Shown here in pieces: positions 36,865-47,410 of a DNA stretch of 64,000 nucleotides (the first letter of the stretch is position 1; each line of letters opens with the position of its first letter). The DNA lies in the IMG/VR virus record IMGVR_UViG_3300025413_001393, positions 32,001 to 96,000 of that record; one strand, given 5' to 3'. Position numbers and translations under genes: made by a program. Source of the DNA: a virus. The notes under the pieces were generated by a model. That model worked only from the letters and a program-made list of their open reading frames with translations. It was not told the DNA's origin and did no database searches.

Positions 36865-37236
36865 TTAGCTTTCGGAATCGAACAGCTTGACGACTGGAGC
36901 CTCCTCTGCCGTTTCTGCTGGAGCTACGACGGGAGCAAACAACTGGTTGTATTGATTGACAAACTGATCAACAAAAACAATCGAGTCAGCAAATGTAATG
37001 CTGTCCTTCTTGTAATGCCAAACAGTTGCAACATTCCGATCAGCCTGAAACTCTCTGAAAAACAGAGGAAGGATCTGAAGCTGGATCTGACCAGTCTGAA
37101 CGTTTGGTTGTACTGCTACAAGAGCAGGGTTTTCTACAGATACGGTTGTGTCGTCTTGGGTGACGGCCTTTCCGATGATTGTTCTTCCGATTGTGTCAAG
37201 AAAAACTACTAGGTTGGTATTTGTGTTTTCACTCAT
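36865..37236 (-). CDS. Hypothetical protein, Sm-like fold possible (probable start MSENT at 37236)
   Basis: FLD..GRTIIGK...V.VENP..V pattern. Confidence 0.65.
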   Translation of the reverse strand: MSENTNTNLVVFLDTIGRTIIGKAVTQDDTTVSVENPALVAVQPNVQTGQIQLQILPLFFREFQADRNVATVWHYKKDSITFADSIVFVDQFVNQYNQLFAPVVAPAETAEEAPVVKLFDSES

Positions 37237-37243
37237 ATTACAT

Positions 37244-37480
37244 TTATAACTTACGACCTTTTTTTTCGTTTTCAACAGAAAAAAGATAATCAAATAAATA
37301 TTTTTCTCCTTCAGGAGTTAATAACACTCTATCGTTAGATGTGATCCAGGCAACATCGTTCATACACAACGCTATAAGAATATCTCTGTGCAAGTCATTG
37401 TTTGTGAAGTCTTCAACGGTATAATCATCGGACAACAAGGACTTAAGAACTTTAAAGACATCTTTCTTGTATGCTGCCAT
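37244..37480 (-). CDS. Hypothetical protein
   Basis: 78-aa ORF after polymerase. Confidence 0.65.
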   Translation of the reverse strand: MAAYKKDVFKVLKSLLSDDYTVEDFTNNDLHRDILIALCMNDVAWITSNDRVLLTPEGEKYLFDYLFSVENEKKGRKL

Positions 37481-37482
37481 TA

Positions 37483-40032
37483 TTATGCTCCTAGCAACTC
37501 AAACAAATCAGTCTGAACTTCTTTATTGAGATTAGGTGTAATCCAATCAATCGCTTCGTACAGACGTTCAACAGGCTGAGTAACAAGCTTTGCAAACATT
37601 TTATCCCAATCAACTTGTAGATTGAATTCTTCTGGAAAAGCCACAGGATATGAAATTGCATCAAGGCCATAACTATTCTTTTTGCAATACAACTTTTTAA
37701 CCTTTTGACCTGTACGAATTAATTCTAATTTTAAATCTAAGTTGTTTTTCTTAACTAAGATATTATACGCAATTGCTCCCTTAACATGAGATGGTGTTGC
37801 ATTTTGAAACTTAAACAACGAAGCTCCTTCAGCATACTTCTCTAAGTTATTAATAGACGAACGCAAGGCTACATCATCGGGACTGAGTTTACAAAATTCT
37901 TCATAACTGTTACGATAAACTTCATTTGTAGTTTTTGGATTTTTTGTCAGCAAAGCTGTTTTTGTAATATTTTCAATAAACTTTTTTACTTTCTTAGGAG
38001 TTGTCGAACGGACAAGCTCTACACCGACAAATTTGAACTTATCCATCGGAATACCTTTATTGTCAAGAACTCGCAAAATATAACGCTTCTTCTGCAAAAA
38101 GACACCAACATCTGCAATCGCTTCACGCTTGAAAACGTAACGAGGATCAATTGAAAATAATTCATTCTTAGCCCAGTTAAGAATTTCAGTATTAACTTCT
38201 TTGTCTATATCAGAAACGAGACTATAAACAACCGGATTAATCTTATCGCCTTCTAGAAGCTGAATACCTAGTTTGTCGAGCAAAGGCTGAATAGTAATGT
38301 ATACAGAATCGGTGTCTTGATAAATTGTGCAAGACTTACCAGTAATGTCATACTTGGTTTTCAAATATTCGTCGATAATAGACGAACCAGCTTTTGCTAC
38401 GTTTTGACCAGTAATAGTAATTGACATTGCATTGTCGATATCCATCAATGAAGAATGTTTATTAGCAAATGTTCCGTAGATTGAATTCAAATAAATTTTG
38501 AATGTATATTGAAGAGTATCAAGATAAATCATTTTATCTTTTGTTTCCTTCGTAGGTGTTTTTTCTAATTCAAGTACGTGAAGTTGCTTTTGTATCTCAA
38601 CACGCTCTTTGTAAATTTCATTAATAAGATTTGGTATAACTCCCTTTGCTTTTTGAGAATACAAAACACCAGCTTTTGAAAGAGCAATCTTCTCTTGCTT
38701 CATCATTTTCTTAAAATCTTCTACTTGTGTCGTGTGTGATTTACCGTTCACAAGTTTGATCGTAATCTCTTTATCTGTATCAATATCTCCTGTGACAATC
38801 TTACCAATCTTAGTTTCAGGTGAGATGTTCAAAGTAATAATAGTATTAGGATACAGTGAATTTACGTCAAAGCTTGTAATAGCCGTTTGCAACCCACGTA
38901 CAGGCTCTTTAACATAGCCTCCTTCATAAGACTCTCTATCTGCAGACGTACCGAATGTAGGAATAATATAACCTTGTTTGTGAGCTTGAATTGCAACAGC
39001 TCCTGTAACAATAGATACTTTTCCTAGTGCAGCTTCAAAGTTTGTGCAACCACGATACGCTAGCAATCTTACAATCTGCAAATACTTTAATTTGTGTTCT
39101 AGCTTTACGAGTAGATGAACGTCCTGAATGTTATAATCCACAAAGGTCTTCCAATCGGTTGACGCAAGTTCTCCAAGACTCGTTGCATTGTACGCAATCT
39201 TTCCTTCGTTTAATTCAATTTCCGAAATGTAATTCAGCGAATACGACTCACGCTCACCTACGGAAAACGTCTTGTAAATTTCAAGATAATCGATATGATT
39301 CAAACCGCACATAACCCACTTTGTAACTTCTTTACCAAATGTGCTCGTAAAGATTTTTCTGCTTGTTACTCTACCAACAGGCGAAAACTGCTGAATAAAT
39401 TCTTCTCCAAACAACCGAATACAACGATTCATAATATATGGAATATCGAAACCTTCTGTATTCCAACCACTAACAATATCAGGATAGTCTGCTTTCCAAA
39501 AATCTGCAAAGCGAATGAGTAAATCTTCTTCGTCTTTGCAACGATAATATATGCACTTGTCTAATGTGGGTGTGTACTGTTCAGTCAAACCCCAAGTATG
39601 AGTAGTTTGAGTGATAGTATCAAAAATTGTGATCAAATTAATTTGATCCTTTGCTTTTTCGGGAACTGGAAACTCTCCTACAGAGTAGGTTTCAATATCA
39701 ATAAAATATGTCTTGAGAGCAAATTTAGAAAATTCAGAATTGGTGTTGTGATCTTTATAGAGATCAATGAGAAACTGTTGCTCCGGTGATAGGTTATGAA
39801 ATAAGCGCTTGTTAGCAGTATTCTCAGTAAACCTTCTGCGATCAATACTATTCTTAAACGACTTTTTTACAAGCGAGGTTTTAAAAATAGAAGTACCATC
39901 CTTTGCACCTTCTTGCTCAATGTACAAGTATGGCCTAAAAGGAATTTCAGACGAAATTCTATCGCCATCTTCAGTCCACGTACTTAAAAAGATGCTTTCG
40001 TTAAAGGGATTATAATATACACTTCTATACAT
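37483..40032 (-). CDS. gp43: Family B DNA polymerase
   Basis: Exo DIET, GWN..GFD, YNIQD; Pol FDVNSLYP, K..LNS.YG, YQDTDS, KKRY. Confidence 0.98.
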   Translation of the reverse strand: MYRSVYYNPFNESIFLSTWTEDGDRISSEIPFRPYLYIEQEGAKDGTSIFKTSLVKKSFKNSIDRRRFTENTANKRLFHNLSPEQQFLIDLYKDHNTNSEFSKFALKTYFIDIETYSVGEFPVPEKAKDQINLITIFDTITQTTHTWGLTEQYTPTLDKCIYYRCKDEEDLLIRFADFWKADYPDIVSGWNTEGFDIPYIMNRCIRLFGEEFIQQFSPVGRVTSRKIFTSTFGKEVTKWVMCGLNHIDYLEIYKTFSVGERESYSLNYISEIELNEGKIAYNATSLGELASTDWKTFVDYNIQDVHLLVKLEHKLKYLQIVRLLAYRGCTNFEAALGKVSIVTGAVAIQAHKQGYIIPTFGTSADRESYEGGYVKEPVRGLQTAITSFDVNSLYPNTIITLNISPETKIGKIVTGDIDTDKEITIKLVNGKSHTTQVEDFKKMMKQEKIALSKAGVLYSQKAKGVIPNLINEIYKERVEIQKQLHVLELEKTPTKETKDKMIYLDTLQYTFKIYLNSIYGTFANKHSSLMDIDNAMSITITGQNVAKAGSSIIDEYLKTKYDITGKSCTIYQDTDSVYITIQPLLDKLGIQLLEGDKINPVVYSLVSDIDKEVNTEILNWAKNELFSIDPRYVFKREAIADVGVFLQKKRYILRVLDNKGIPMDKFKFVGVELVRSTTPKKVKKFIENITKTALLTKNPKTTNEVYRNSYEEFCKLSPDDVALRSSINNLEKYAEGASLFKFQNATPSHVKGAIAYNILVKKNNLDLKLELIRTGQKVKKLYCKKNSYGLDAISYPVAFPEEFNLQVDWDKMFAKLVTQPVERLYEAIDWITPNLNKEVQTDLFELLGA

Positions 40033-40063
40033 AGAGAAGAGTATAAACCACTCTAGTGGACAA

Positions 40064-41284
40064 TCAAACTAAATATTTTCTGTTCGGATCTCCGTATTTT
40101 GTAAAATACGATTCGTGATGCTTCATTAAATTGGCATCATCATCTAGCCAAAACTTTTCAGCATGAGCACGAGCTTTTTTACAATGTTCCACGTAGTTAT
40201 TTTGATTTTTTGTTACCAACTTTAAACAATCAATAAATTCTGCACCTGTAGAGTATTTTAGGAAAGCATCTTTGTACGTGGGCATATCTGGACACACACA
40301 AGGAAGACCAAGTGCCCCTGCTTCAATAAGTTTAATGTTGGACTTACAACGATTAAAATGGTTGTCCTGAAGAGCTGCAAAAGTTACCTGAGCTCCAGAA
40401 TTAGCCATAGCTTCAGGAAAGTCAGGAAGAGGAGCCCAATTGAAGAATTTCATTTCCCCTCTATCAATAAATGATTTAAGAGGCAAAGGATGAGAGCCAT
40501 AAAAATGCCAATTAAAATCAGTACGGGTTTTAATAATTTCGGGAACAACCTTTTCAAAGTCATCTTGCTGATTTACACGGTTGAGAACGTCGACGTGTGT
40601 ACCAGATGCAAAAATTGCAATGATAGGCTTCTTCTTATTCTTTTCAAACTTCTTTGTGAGATCTCCAAGATTATAGTAACGATCAAACCACCACTTCATT
40701 AGATAGTTAGGCAATGTTGATACGTTTTTGTTACCAGTCTTATCAATCAAATAATCTCTAAAGTAGTCACACGTAACAGTAACTTCATCCATCATAGAAA
40801 TAATATCCATAATGTTTTGTCTAATTTCGGGCGACGTAAATGCTTCTCTGTTTCTGTTATAAAGAGGAATATCTTCACCAAAGACTACGTCATCAATTTC
40901 ATAAATTAATTTAAGCCTTTTATTTTGTTTTGATATCTCTTTGAGGACTTGAACAAATTGCTTTTGCTGAAGTGTTGCTTGTCTTTGGAATTTTACTGCC
41001 TCAACAGTCTCGTAAAAACGAGGATCTAAAATCATAGTCGTTGAGTCCATTACAACAGCTTTATTGTGCAAATTCAAAAGCAAATTAGGTCCAATACCTC
41101 TGTAAAAACCACAACCACCATAGTCGGCCAAATAGCATATTGCTCTCTTAAGATCCTGGCCAGGAATTTCAATTGGTGGAATTACAGGACCTGGTTTAGC
41201 AAAATTATGCGAAGCTAAGCCGTGCGGAAGACCATGTGGAGCTCCGATGATATTTTGTAAGCCAAAATTAGATACCGTATACAT
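40064..41284 (-). CDS. Glycosyltransferase, GT-B-like
   Basis: GCGFYR, FQRQ, YEIDD, VTVT..Y, KSNIKLIEAGALGLP. Confidence 0.75.
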   Translation of the reverse strand: MYTVSNFGLQNIIGAPHGLPHGLASHNFAKPGPVIPPIEIPGQDLKRAICYLADYGGCGFYRGIGPNLLLNLHNKAVVMDSTTMILDPRFYETVEAVKFQRQATLQQKQFVQVLKEISKQNKRLKLIYEIDDVVFGEDIPLYNRNREAFTSPEIRQNIMDIISMMDEVTVTCDYFRDYLIDKTGNKNVSTLPNYLMKWWFDRYYNLGDLTKKFEKNKKKPIIAIFASGTHVDVLNRVNQQDDFEKVVPEIIKTRTDFNWHFYGSHPLPLKSFIDRGEMKFFNWAPLPDFPEAMANSGAQVTFAALQDNHFNRCKSNIKLIEAGALGLPCVCPDMPTYKDAFLKYSTGAEFIDCLKLVTKNQNNYVEHCKKARAHAEKFWLDDDANLMKHHESYFTKYGDPNRKYLV

Positions 41285-41318
41285 ATTATTACCTATTGTG
41301 CTATGTTGTTGTAGTCTA

Positions 41319-43112
41319 CTACTTGATTAATGAAATACCGTTTTGTTTTACTACATGAATAGTATGTTCAGCCTTAGCAGTCACTTCTACACCTCTATGC
41401 GTAATAATATAACACGATTCATTATTTTCGTTATACCTTTCACGCAATGCTTTTAACGTCAAGTATACTCCCTTGTCGTCCAATGAAGAATCGAGCAATT
41501 CATCATAAAACACCGTACTGAAGATAACATCTCCTTGTAAGCGACGAATATCTGCAAATGCAAACAGACAAGCTAAGTCAATACGCTTACGTTCTCCACC
41601 AGAAAAATTAAAATACGACTTAGGCTGAGAACTCTCATCTATAATCTCTTCATCAAAGAATTCATTAAATTGACAAAGACAATTGGCTTCAAGTTTTTTA
41701 AGATAGTATGCAAGTCTAGAATTCAAGACCTTAAGAATCTTTTTTACAATAAACGATTTAATACCTTCTTCGGAAATTACAAATTTTACCGTTTCTAAAA
41801 TATTAAGATCATTATTGAGTTTGTTAACTTTTTCTGTAGATTCTTGAACGCTTGTAGTAAGTGTTGTAATCTTACCTTTCAAATCGTTATTTTGCTCTCT
41901 ACTAATATTTGTAATTTCGGTTTCAGTGTCGACCAAATTAGTCTCTAAATGTGAAATACTCAATTTAGTACTATCGTTTTCAACTTGCTGTTTTGTTAAT
42001 GTTGTTTTCTCCGATCTAAGCAAAACCGTTTTAGCTTTTAGATCGTTGATTGCAATTATTTCAAGTTCTATAAGACCATTAATTTTGTCTATAGCTTTTT
42101 TGTACGCAGCAATATTATTTTCGTGTTGTGATATTAATTCTTTAATATGCTGCACATGCTCTTCGGAATAATCTCTTTTGCAAGTTGGACAGGCATCTTT
42201 TGTAGTTTGAAGTTGTTTAATTTGTTTAGTTTCTAAAGTAACTTCGGCCTCTACTTTATGCAATTTAGACGCAAGACCACTTTTTGTCTGTTCACGTATA
42301 GATATTTCATTTTCAATTTCAACTATTTGATCATCCAAAACTGACACGCTAACAGAATTTAAATCAACTAACTTTAGTTTAAGTGTATTGATATCAATTA
42401 CCAGCTTATCTCTCTTTTCAGTTTGTCTAGCAATACGTTCTTGCTTTGATGATTCATAGTTTTCAAGCTGTTGAGTATTAAATTGCAACTCCTTTTCGAG
42501 ACTTTCAAATTTAACATATTCTACATCGTAATCCTTTTTAAGAATATTATAATCATCTCTCGCTTTTAAGACCATTGCAGTAAAAACCTCGAGTCCGAGA
42601 ACACTTTCGATAAATTTTCTTTTATCGGTCTTAGGCAATGCCATAAAAGGTGTTGCACTATTGACAGACATAATTACAGAATTTTGAAATACAGTAGCAG
42701 GAGTATGTATTAATTCTTGTATATAAGCATTAGTTTTAGCTAAAGTTGACCTCGTTACATTCTCTCCGTTTTTTGTTAAAATGCACTTTGTTGGATTTAA
42801 CTTTCTTGTAATAACGTATGTATCTGTAGCATTGTTGGACGTAATATCCAATGACAACGAAACCTCACACGTTTTTTTAGTTAAAGTATTGCCAATAAAA
42901 TCTTTACCAAGTTCTCTAAGAGTAGTGCCATACAAAGCATAGTACAAAGCATCGCATATAGTACTCTTGCCACAACCGTTTTTTGAGTCTTCTTTGTCTA
43001 GATTAGTTCCAATAATGGCATTTACACCATTTTTAAAATTTACATTAATTGGAGTGTCTCCAAACGACAAAAAGTTTTTTAGTTCAATAGATTTAAAAGT
43101 AATAAACCGCAT
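41319..43112 (-). CDS. gp46: Rad50/SbcC-like recombination ATPase
   Basis: NFLSFG, NGCGKST, coiled coil with CPTC hook, FSGGE, FYDE, ITH. Confidence 0.96.
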   Translation of the reverse strand: MRFITFKSIELKNFLSFGDTPINVNFKNGVNAIIGTNLDKEDSKNGCGKSTICDALYYALYGTTLRELGKDFIGNTLTKKTCEVSLSLDITSNNATDTYVITRKLNPTKCILTKNGENVTRSTLAKTNAYIQELIHTPATVFQNSVIMSVNSATPFMALPKTDKRKFIESVLGLEVFTAMVLKARDDYNILKKDYDVEYVKFESLEKELQFNTQQLENYESSKQERIARQTEKRDKLVIDINTLKLKLVDLNSVSVSVLDDQIVEIENEISIREQTKSGLASKLHKVEAEVTLETKQIKQLQTTKDACPTCKRDYSEEHVQHIKELISQHENNIAAYKKAIDKINGLIELEIIAINDLKAKTVLLRSEKTTLTKQQVENDSTKLSISHLETNLVDTETEITNISREQNNDLKGKITTLTTSVQESTEKVNKLNNDLNILETVKFVISEEGIKSFIVKKILKVLNSRLAYYLKKLEANCLCQFNEFFDEEIIDESSQPKSYFNFSGGERKRIDLACLFAFADIRRLQGDVIFSTVFYDELLDSSLDDKGVYLTLKALRERYNENNESCYIITHRGVEVTAKAEHTIHVVKQNGISLIK

Positions 43113-43144
43113 TACTATAAAGATAGCTCAAACAAAATTAAAAT

Positions 43145-43768
43145 CTACGCTCGATTTAACCATATACTGTCAGACTGTATAGTCTCATTACAAATATACT
43201 CAAAATACACCATTTCGAAGTTGAAAGATTTTAATAAGTGCTCCACATCCAAAAACAATTTTTGGTTTTTCCATATTTCTTTGTGCTCACACTCAATATG
43301 CATTGATCTAATGCTTTTAATTTTATTCTCAAAACTCTCAATAACTTCATATGTTAACCCTTCTACATCAATTTTACACAAATCGATATAATCTAAATTA
43401 ATTTGTTTGAGAAGTTGTTTACCTGTTATTGTATTTACAGTTATTTTTTCGGTTGTTATATTATTATAAAAGCCGTCAACTCTATCCAAAATAGAACTCA
43501 CCCCAATATACTCTTCATCTTTGACGCAGTTAAAACTAAATGAGGAGTTTGTATTAGAAATTGCTGACTCAACTAAATTAAAATGCGGATAAATTTCTTT
43601 AATTTTTTTAATTTGAGACGGATTTGGTTCAACTAACCAAACATTCTCATCAGATATGTTGAAATATTTTTTTAGTGTATTGCTGTCATGTCCATCTCTA
43701 GAACCTATTTCTAATATAGATTTTGGTTTAAGGTTAGCACTTAAAATGGCGTTTATATATTCATTCAT
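43145..43768 (-). CDS. FkbM-family SAM methyltransferase
   Basis: ILEIGSRDG, VEPN, KIDVEG. Confidence 0.88.
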   Translation of the reverse strand: MNEYINAILSANLKPKSILEIGSRDGHDSNTLKKYFNISDENVWLVEPNPSQIKKIKEIYPHFNLVESAISNTNSSFSFNCVKDEEYIGVSSILDRVDGFYNNITTEKITVNTITGKQLLKQINLDYIDLCKIDVEGLTYEVIESFENKIKSIRSMHIECEHKEIWKNQKLFLDVEHLLKSFNFEMVYFEYICNETIQSDSIWLNRA

Positions 43769-44457
43769 TGTTCAAAAAGTTCTTTTAGTTTTTTGACATC
43801 TTTGTCTCGATGCGTTGATCTACATCTTATGTGATATAAATGTTCAGGGGATATATAGTCTACTTCTTCATTACCAATTTGATACAAAGGTTCAACGTCC
43901 GTAAAACTAAGTCTTGTTGCTGTTTCGTTAATAGGAATATCAAAATTTTTCATAAACAGACCAAGAGCTACATCATCAATAAGATTGTGTTCCCACATTG
44001 TTTTATTTTTTACAATTAATTCTACTAAATCTTTTGACAAAAAATATCCACTACCGGAAGCAAATTTTATTAAATTACAAAACGTTCCAATTATTCCACA
44101 ATAAAATTTTGTGGAAGGTTTTGTACTGACAAAGTTTATTAATTTATTTGTATCAACAAAAGAACCCATATTACATCTAAAAATATAATTAAAATTGTAC
44201 ATTTGAAGAGCCCATTCAAATGCCATAATCGTTTTTACACCAATATTATGCATACCATCGTTACACGGAAGTATTAGTTCTTCGTCACTTAAAATAGGGT
44301 AGTTAGATTTGTTGATTTGTTTTTCGTTATCAGTATAAAACAATATTTCTACATCTTTATGCTTTCGAGTGTACCACGTTTGTTTAATTGTGTTGTGCAG
44401 TTCCCTATATTCGGAATTAGATGAACCTAATATAAAAACTAATATTTTTTTAGTCAT
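43765..44457 (-). CDS. Glycosyltransferase, GT31/galactosyltransferase-like
   Basis: IKQTW, KT..AF, FRCN.GSFVD, FASGSGY.LS.DLV, DDVALG. Confidence 0.75.
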   Translation of the reverse strand: MTKKILVFILGSSNSEYRELHNTIKQTWYTRKHKDVEILFYTDNEKQINKSNYPILSDEELILPCNDGMHNIGVKTIMAFEWALQMYNFNYIFRCNMGSFVDTNKLINFVSTKPSTKFYCGIIGTFCNLIKFASGSGYFLSKDLVELIVKNKTMWEHNLIDDVALGLFMKNFDIPINETATRLSFTDVEPLYQIGNEEVDYISPEHLYHIRCRSTHRDKDVKKLKELFEQ

Positions 44458-44459
44458 AG

Positions 44460-45200
44460 TTAGTATAGATACGATACGAGTGTATCAAGTTCATTTTTGT
44501 ACGTGGCATACGGTCTCAACATATGGCAGTCAATGTAGTGCTGAGACTTAATAAGGTGCGGATTGTAATTCCAACAAATTCTATCAATTCTGCAATTAGC
44601 AGGTCCAGTAGGCAACCAACCACGTCCCAGTAACTCAATTGTGTTTGGATTCGTTTGTTTAAATTCGTTTATTTTTTGAAAAAGTATTTTTTGATCCGAA
44701 CTCCAACCAAAATTTAACGAATTTACATACTCTACAAATTCTTTCCAAGTAATATTAATGTTTAATATTTTTCTAAACAAATCAGAATGACCAAAGTTGT
44801 AGCATATTGGATATTCGGAATTTGATAAACATTCTTTATGATCTGAACTAAAAACATAAAATTTATCCATAGACAATTGTTTTATATTTTCAATAAAATA
44901 ATTTTTAGACATTGGAAGCATATCAATATCAGTTAAAAGAATATTACCTTCAAGATGATTCGGTAAAAATAATCTAACAATTTGTGATTGTAATCCGGTA
45001 TTGATACCATCTACACGTTTAAATTTTTTTATTAAACCGTATTCGTCTTCAAAAAAATCAGAGTCTTCATCTCCTATTAAACCAAGCACAGGAGTTATGT
45101 TAAAAACTGTTTTCCAAACTTTTGATACTAAAGGCCAAAAATCAATATACATCGGATTAGTATCAGAACCCATTATTGCATATTCAATTTTAGTGTTCAT
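44460..45200 (-). CDS. Putative glycosyltransferase (GT-A, DxD)
   Basis: YIDFWP..SK.W, LTDIDMLP, W.SDQ, DCH..RP. Confidence 0.65.
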   Translation of the reverse strand: MNTKIEYAIMGSDTNPMYIDFWPLVSKVWKTVFNITPVLGLIGDEDSDFFEDEYGLIKKFKRVDGINTGLQSQIVRLFLPNHLEGNILLTDIDMLPMSKNYFIENIKQLSMDKFYVFSSDHKECLSNSEYPICYNFGHSDLFRKILNINITWKEFVEYVNSLNFGWSSDQKILFQKINEFKQTNPNTIELLGRGWLPTGPANCRIDRICWNYNPHLIKSQHYIDCHMLRPYATYKNELDTLVSYLY

Positions 45201-45832
45201 TGTTCCGGTTGATTGTCAAAATATACTTGGCCCACAAAAGTTGCTCCCTTTTCCAAAGGTTTGTGAGGTGGAAACGGTTTTTTTTCCATAAAAGGATCAT
45301 GAACAACGCTATTATGTCGAATTATAGGATATACAGCGTTTGCAAGAAAATACTGATCACAGCAGTAACTATCGTAATCGTTCCAATGAGATAACAAAGA
45401 GTTCATACTAAACACATTTGCTGTACCACCCCACATTCCTGCTTGTATAGGAAAATTATGATTAGGATGATCTCTCATAATATGAAATTGTTTATCTGAT
45501 GATAACCATTCATCTACAGCAGCACGCTCTCTCCAATTTATTCTTGAATCTAAATCTCTAACTATATACTTGTCAACATTTGAGTCATCGTTAACAAAAA
45601 ATCTCCAATATGCCCCATAGCACTTGCCTCTTTTGTCTAATACTTTTCTGATATCGACGTCGTAAGTTTCATGTATGCTTTTTAAAAACTCTAGTGAAAC
45701 AGTTTCATCTACGTATAAACGAACTTTCCATTCCGGATATATCGTTAATGCAGCTTTTAAATTACCAGCAACGCCGTCTGTATATTTAGGATTGTTACCC
45801 CAAAGACTAAAAGATATTACGTTATTTTTCAT
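45197..45832 (-). CDS. Putative glycosyltransferase (GT-A, DxD)
   Basis: ISFSLWG...KY, WRF, RDLDSR, FHIMRDHP.H, GMWGG, DQ.FL. Confidence 0.65.
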   Translation of the reverse strand: MKNNVISFSLWGNNPKYTDGVAGNLKAALTIYPEWKVRLYVDETVSLEFLKSIHETYDVDIRKVLDKRGKCYGAYWRFFVNDDSNVDKYIVRDLDSRINWRERAAVDEWLSSDKQFHIMRDHPNHNFPIQAGMWGGTANVFSMNSLLSHWNDYDSYCCDQYFLANAVYPIIRHNSVVHDPFMEKKPFPPHKPLEKGATFVGQVYFDNQPEQ

Positions 45833-46672
45833 TTACATTAATTTTATTAATTTTGTTGCCAAAAAATCATCTGATGATGTATATTGTTTAGCCAAATTAA
45901 AATTTTCTTCAACTGCTTTTAATTTTTGTTCGTAAACGCTTCTGGATAATTTTATCTTTAACAAATCTTCATACGAATTAAAGAGTATAAAACCATCAGT
46001 ATTAAAATACTCTTTAATATTCGGAGGCCCCCAGTAAATTGGGATACAACCAGACAACAAACAATCTATTAATTTTTCAGTAAAATAATGAGTCATTTGT
46101 ATATTTTCAATAACAATACTAAACATATAAGTTTTAAAAGCTTCAATTTTGTTTTGTAGAAACCCATTTTGTGTTCCCCACCCATACCCATCAATACCTA
46201 CGCAATTATTGTATATCTGATGTCTTAAAATATGTCCTTTATATTGTTGTTTACCAGATAAAATTATGGAACAATTTTTATTTTTTTCACCCTTGTATAA
46301 GTTGTATTCATCATCTTTAATATATGTGCCACCTGGACTGTTTGGAATAAATTTTTTTGGATTTAATGCAATTAGGTCGTTTCTATATGTTAAAATATAA
46401 TCAAATTTGTGAGCAACCTTATCAATATTATTATGTACCAAAGGCTGTACTGCTGGAGATTCGAGACACCATGCAATTTTTAATTTACTTTTAACTTTAT
46501 CTACTTCTTCTCCAAGAATAAATTCATCTGTAAATAAAGTTATGCCTTCATAGTCATTTTGTCTTTGTACAAACTGAATGTTTTTTGGTTTTTTGTTTGC
46601 TGTTGATGTCCAATAACCATCTTCTCTGAGATGATGTTGACAAGTGTTATCAAATATGTTTACCGTTACCAT
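45833..46672 (-). CDS. GT10-family (fucosyltransferase-like) glycosyltransferase
   Basis: ESP, YMFSIVIEN...YFTEKL.DC...GCIPIYWG. Confidence 0.85.
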   Translation of the reverse strand: MVTVNIFDNTCQHHLREDGYWTSTANKKPKNIQFVQRQNDYEGITLFTDEFILGEEVDKVKSKLKIAWCLESPAVQPLVHNNIDKVAHKFDYILTYRNDLIALNPKKFIPNSPGGTYIKDDEYNLYKGEKNKNCSIILSGKQQYKGHILRHQIYNNCVGIDGYGWGTQNGFLQNKIEAFKTYMFSIVIENIQMTHYFTEKLIDCLLSGCIPIYWGPPNIKEYFNTDGFILFNSYEDLLKIKLSRSVYEQKLKAVEENFNLAKQYTSSDDFLATKLIKLM

Positions 46673-47409
46673 GTTTTAATATAGGATTGAAGTTGATCAA
46701 TTGGCATTAAGTCAATTTTTTGCAATTCGTTTATATTATGACCATTATAGATATTGTGATCATATGTAGTTTCTCCTCTAAAGTGAGTCAAATGAAGTAT
46801 AGGAGAATTAGTTCTATATTTTTTATAACCTAGCTTTGTATATCTAACATTAATTTCATCATCGTCATACCCAACATTTTTTATATGAGGGTTGAACCCA
46901 CCTGCTTCAATAAAACAATCCCTATTAAACATAACACATCCTCCAACTGATCTTTGTGATAATAAATTACAATCCTTTAAATTGATTTCCTTAATTGTGT
47001 TATTTTGTATCTGTTCAACTAGGTTTAGCGGTATATCATAAAAATAACCGTTATAGGGATAAGCAAATCCGTATCCTGTTAATAATTTTTCGGATGCTTC
47101 AAGCAAATTACTCTTAGTTACTAAAACATCTACATCATACAAACAGACAATTTTATTTTTAGAAAAACGTTTAAACAATTCGTTACCAGATAACATTTTA
47201 TTATAAAAATGCTCATCAGTTATATCTTTGCAAATGTATTGGGAATTTAAAAAGGTTACCTTTTGAGTATGTTTGTAATGTTCATTTACAAACACATTTT
47301 TGGCTCCATTACGTTTTAAATAATCAATAGTTATAGTAAGATTTCTTACTCTGTCAGAATGATCTGCGTAGATAGGAATTAAGAAATCTATATCGTCGAG
47401 TGTTATCAT
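46666..47409 (-). CDS. GT2/GT7-C-like glycosyltransferase
   Basis: FLIP, R..NL, YDVDV, GG.N, GYDDDE..R, HL.H. Confidence 0.8.
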   Translation of the reverse strand: MITLDDIDFLIPIYADHSDRVRNLTITIDYLKRNGAKNVFVNEHYKHTQKVTFLNSQYICKDITDEHFYNKMLSGNELFKRFSKNKIVCLYDVDVLVTKSNLLEASEKLLTGYGFAYPYNGYFYDIPLNLVEQIQNNTIKEINLKDCNLLSQRSVGGCVMFNRDCFIEAGGFNPHIKNVGYDDDEINVRYTKLGYKKYRTNSPILHLTHFRGETTYDHNIYNGHNINELQKIDLMPIDQLQSYIKTW

Positions 47410-47410
47410 A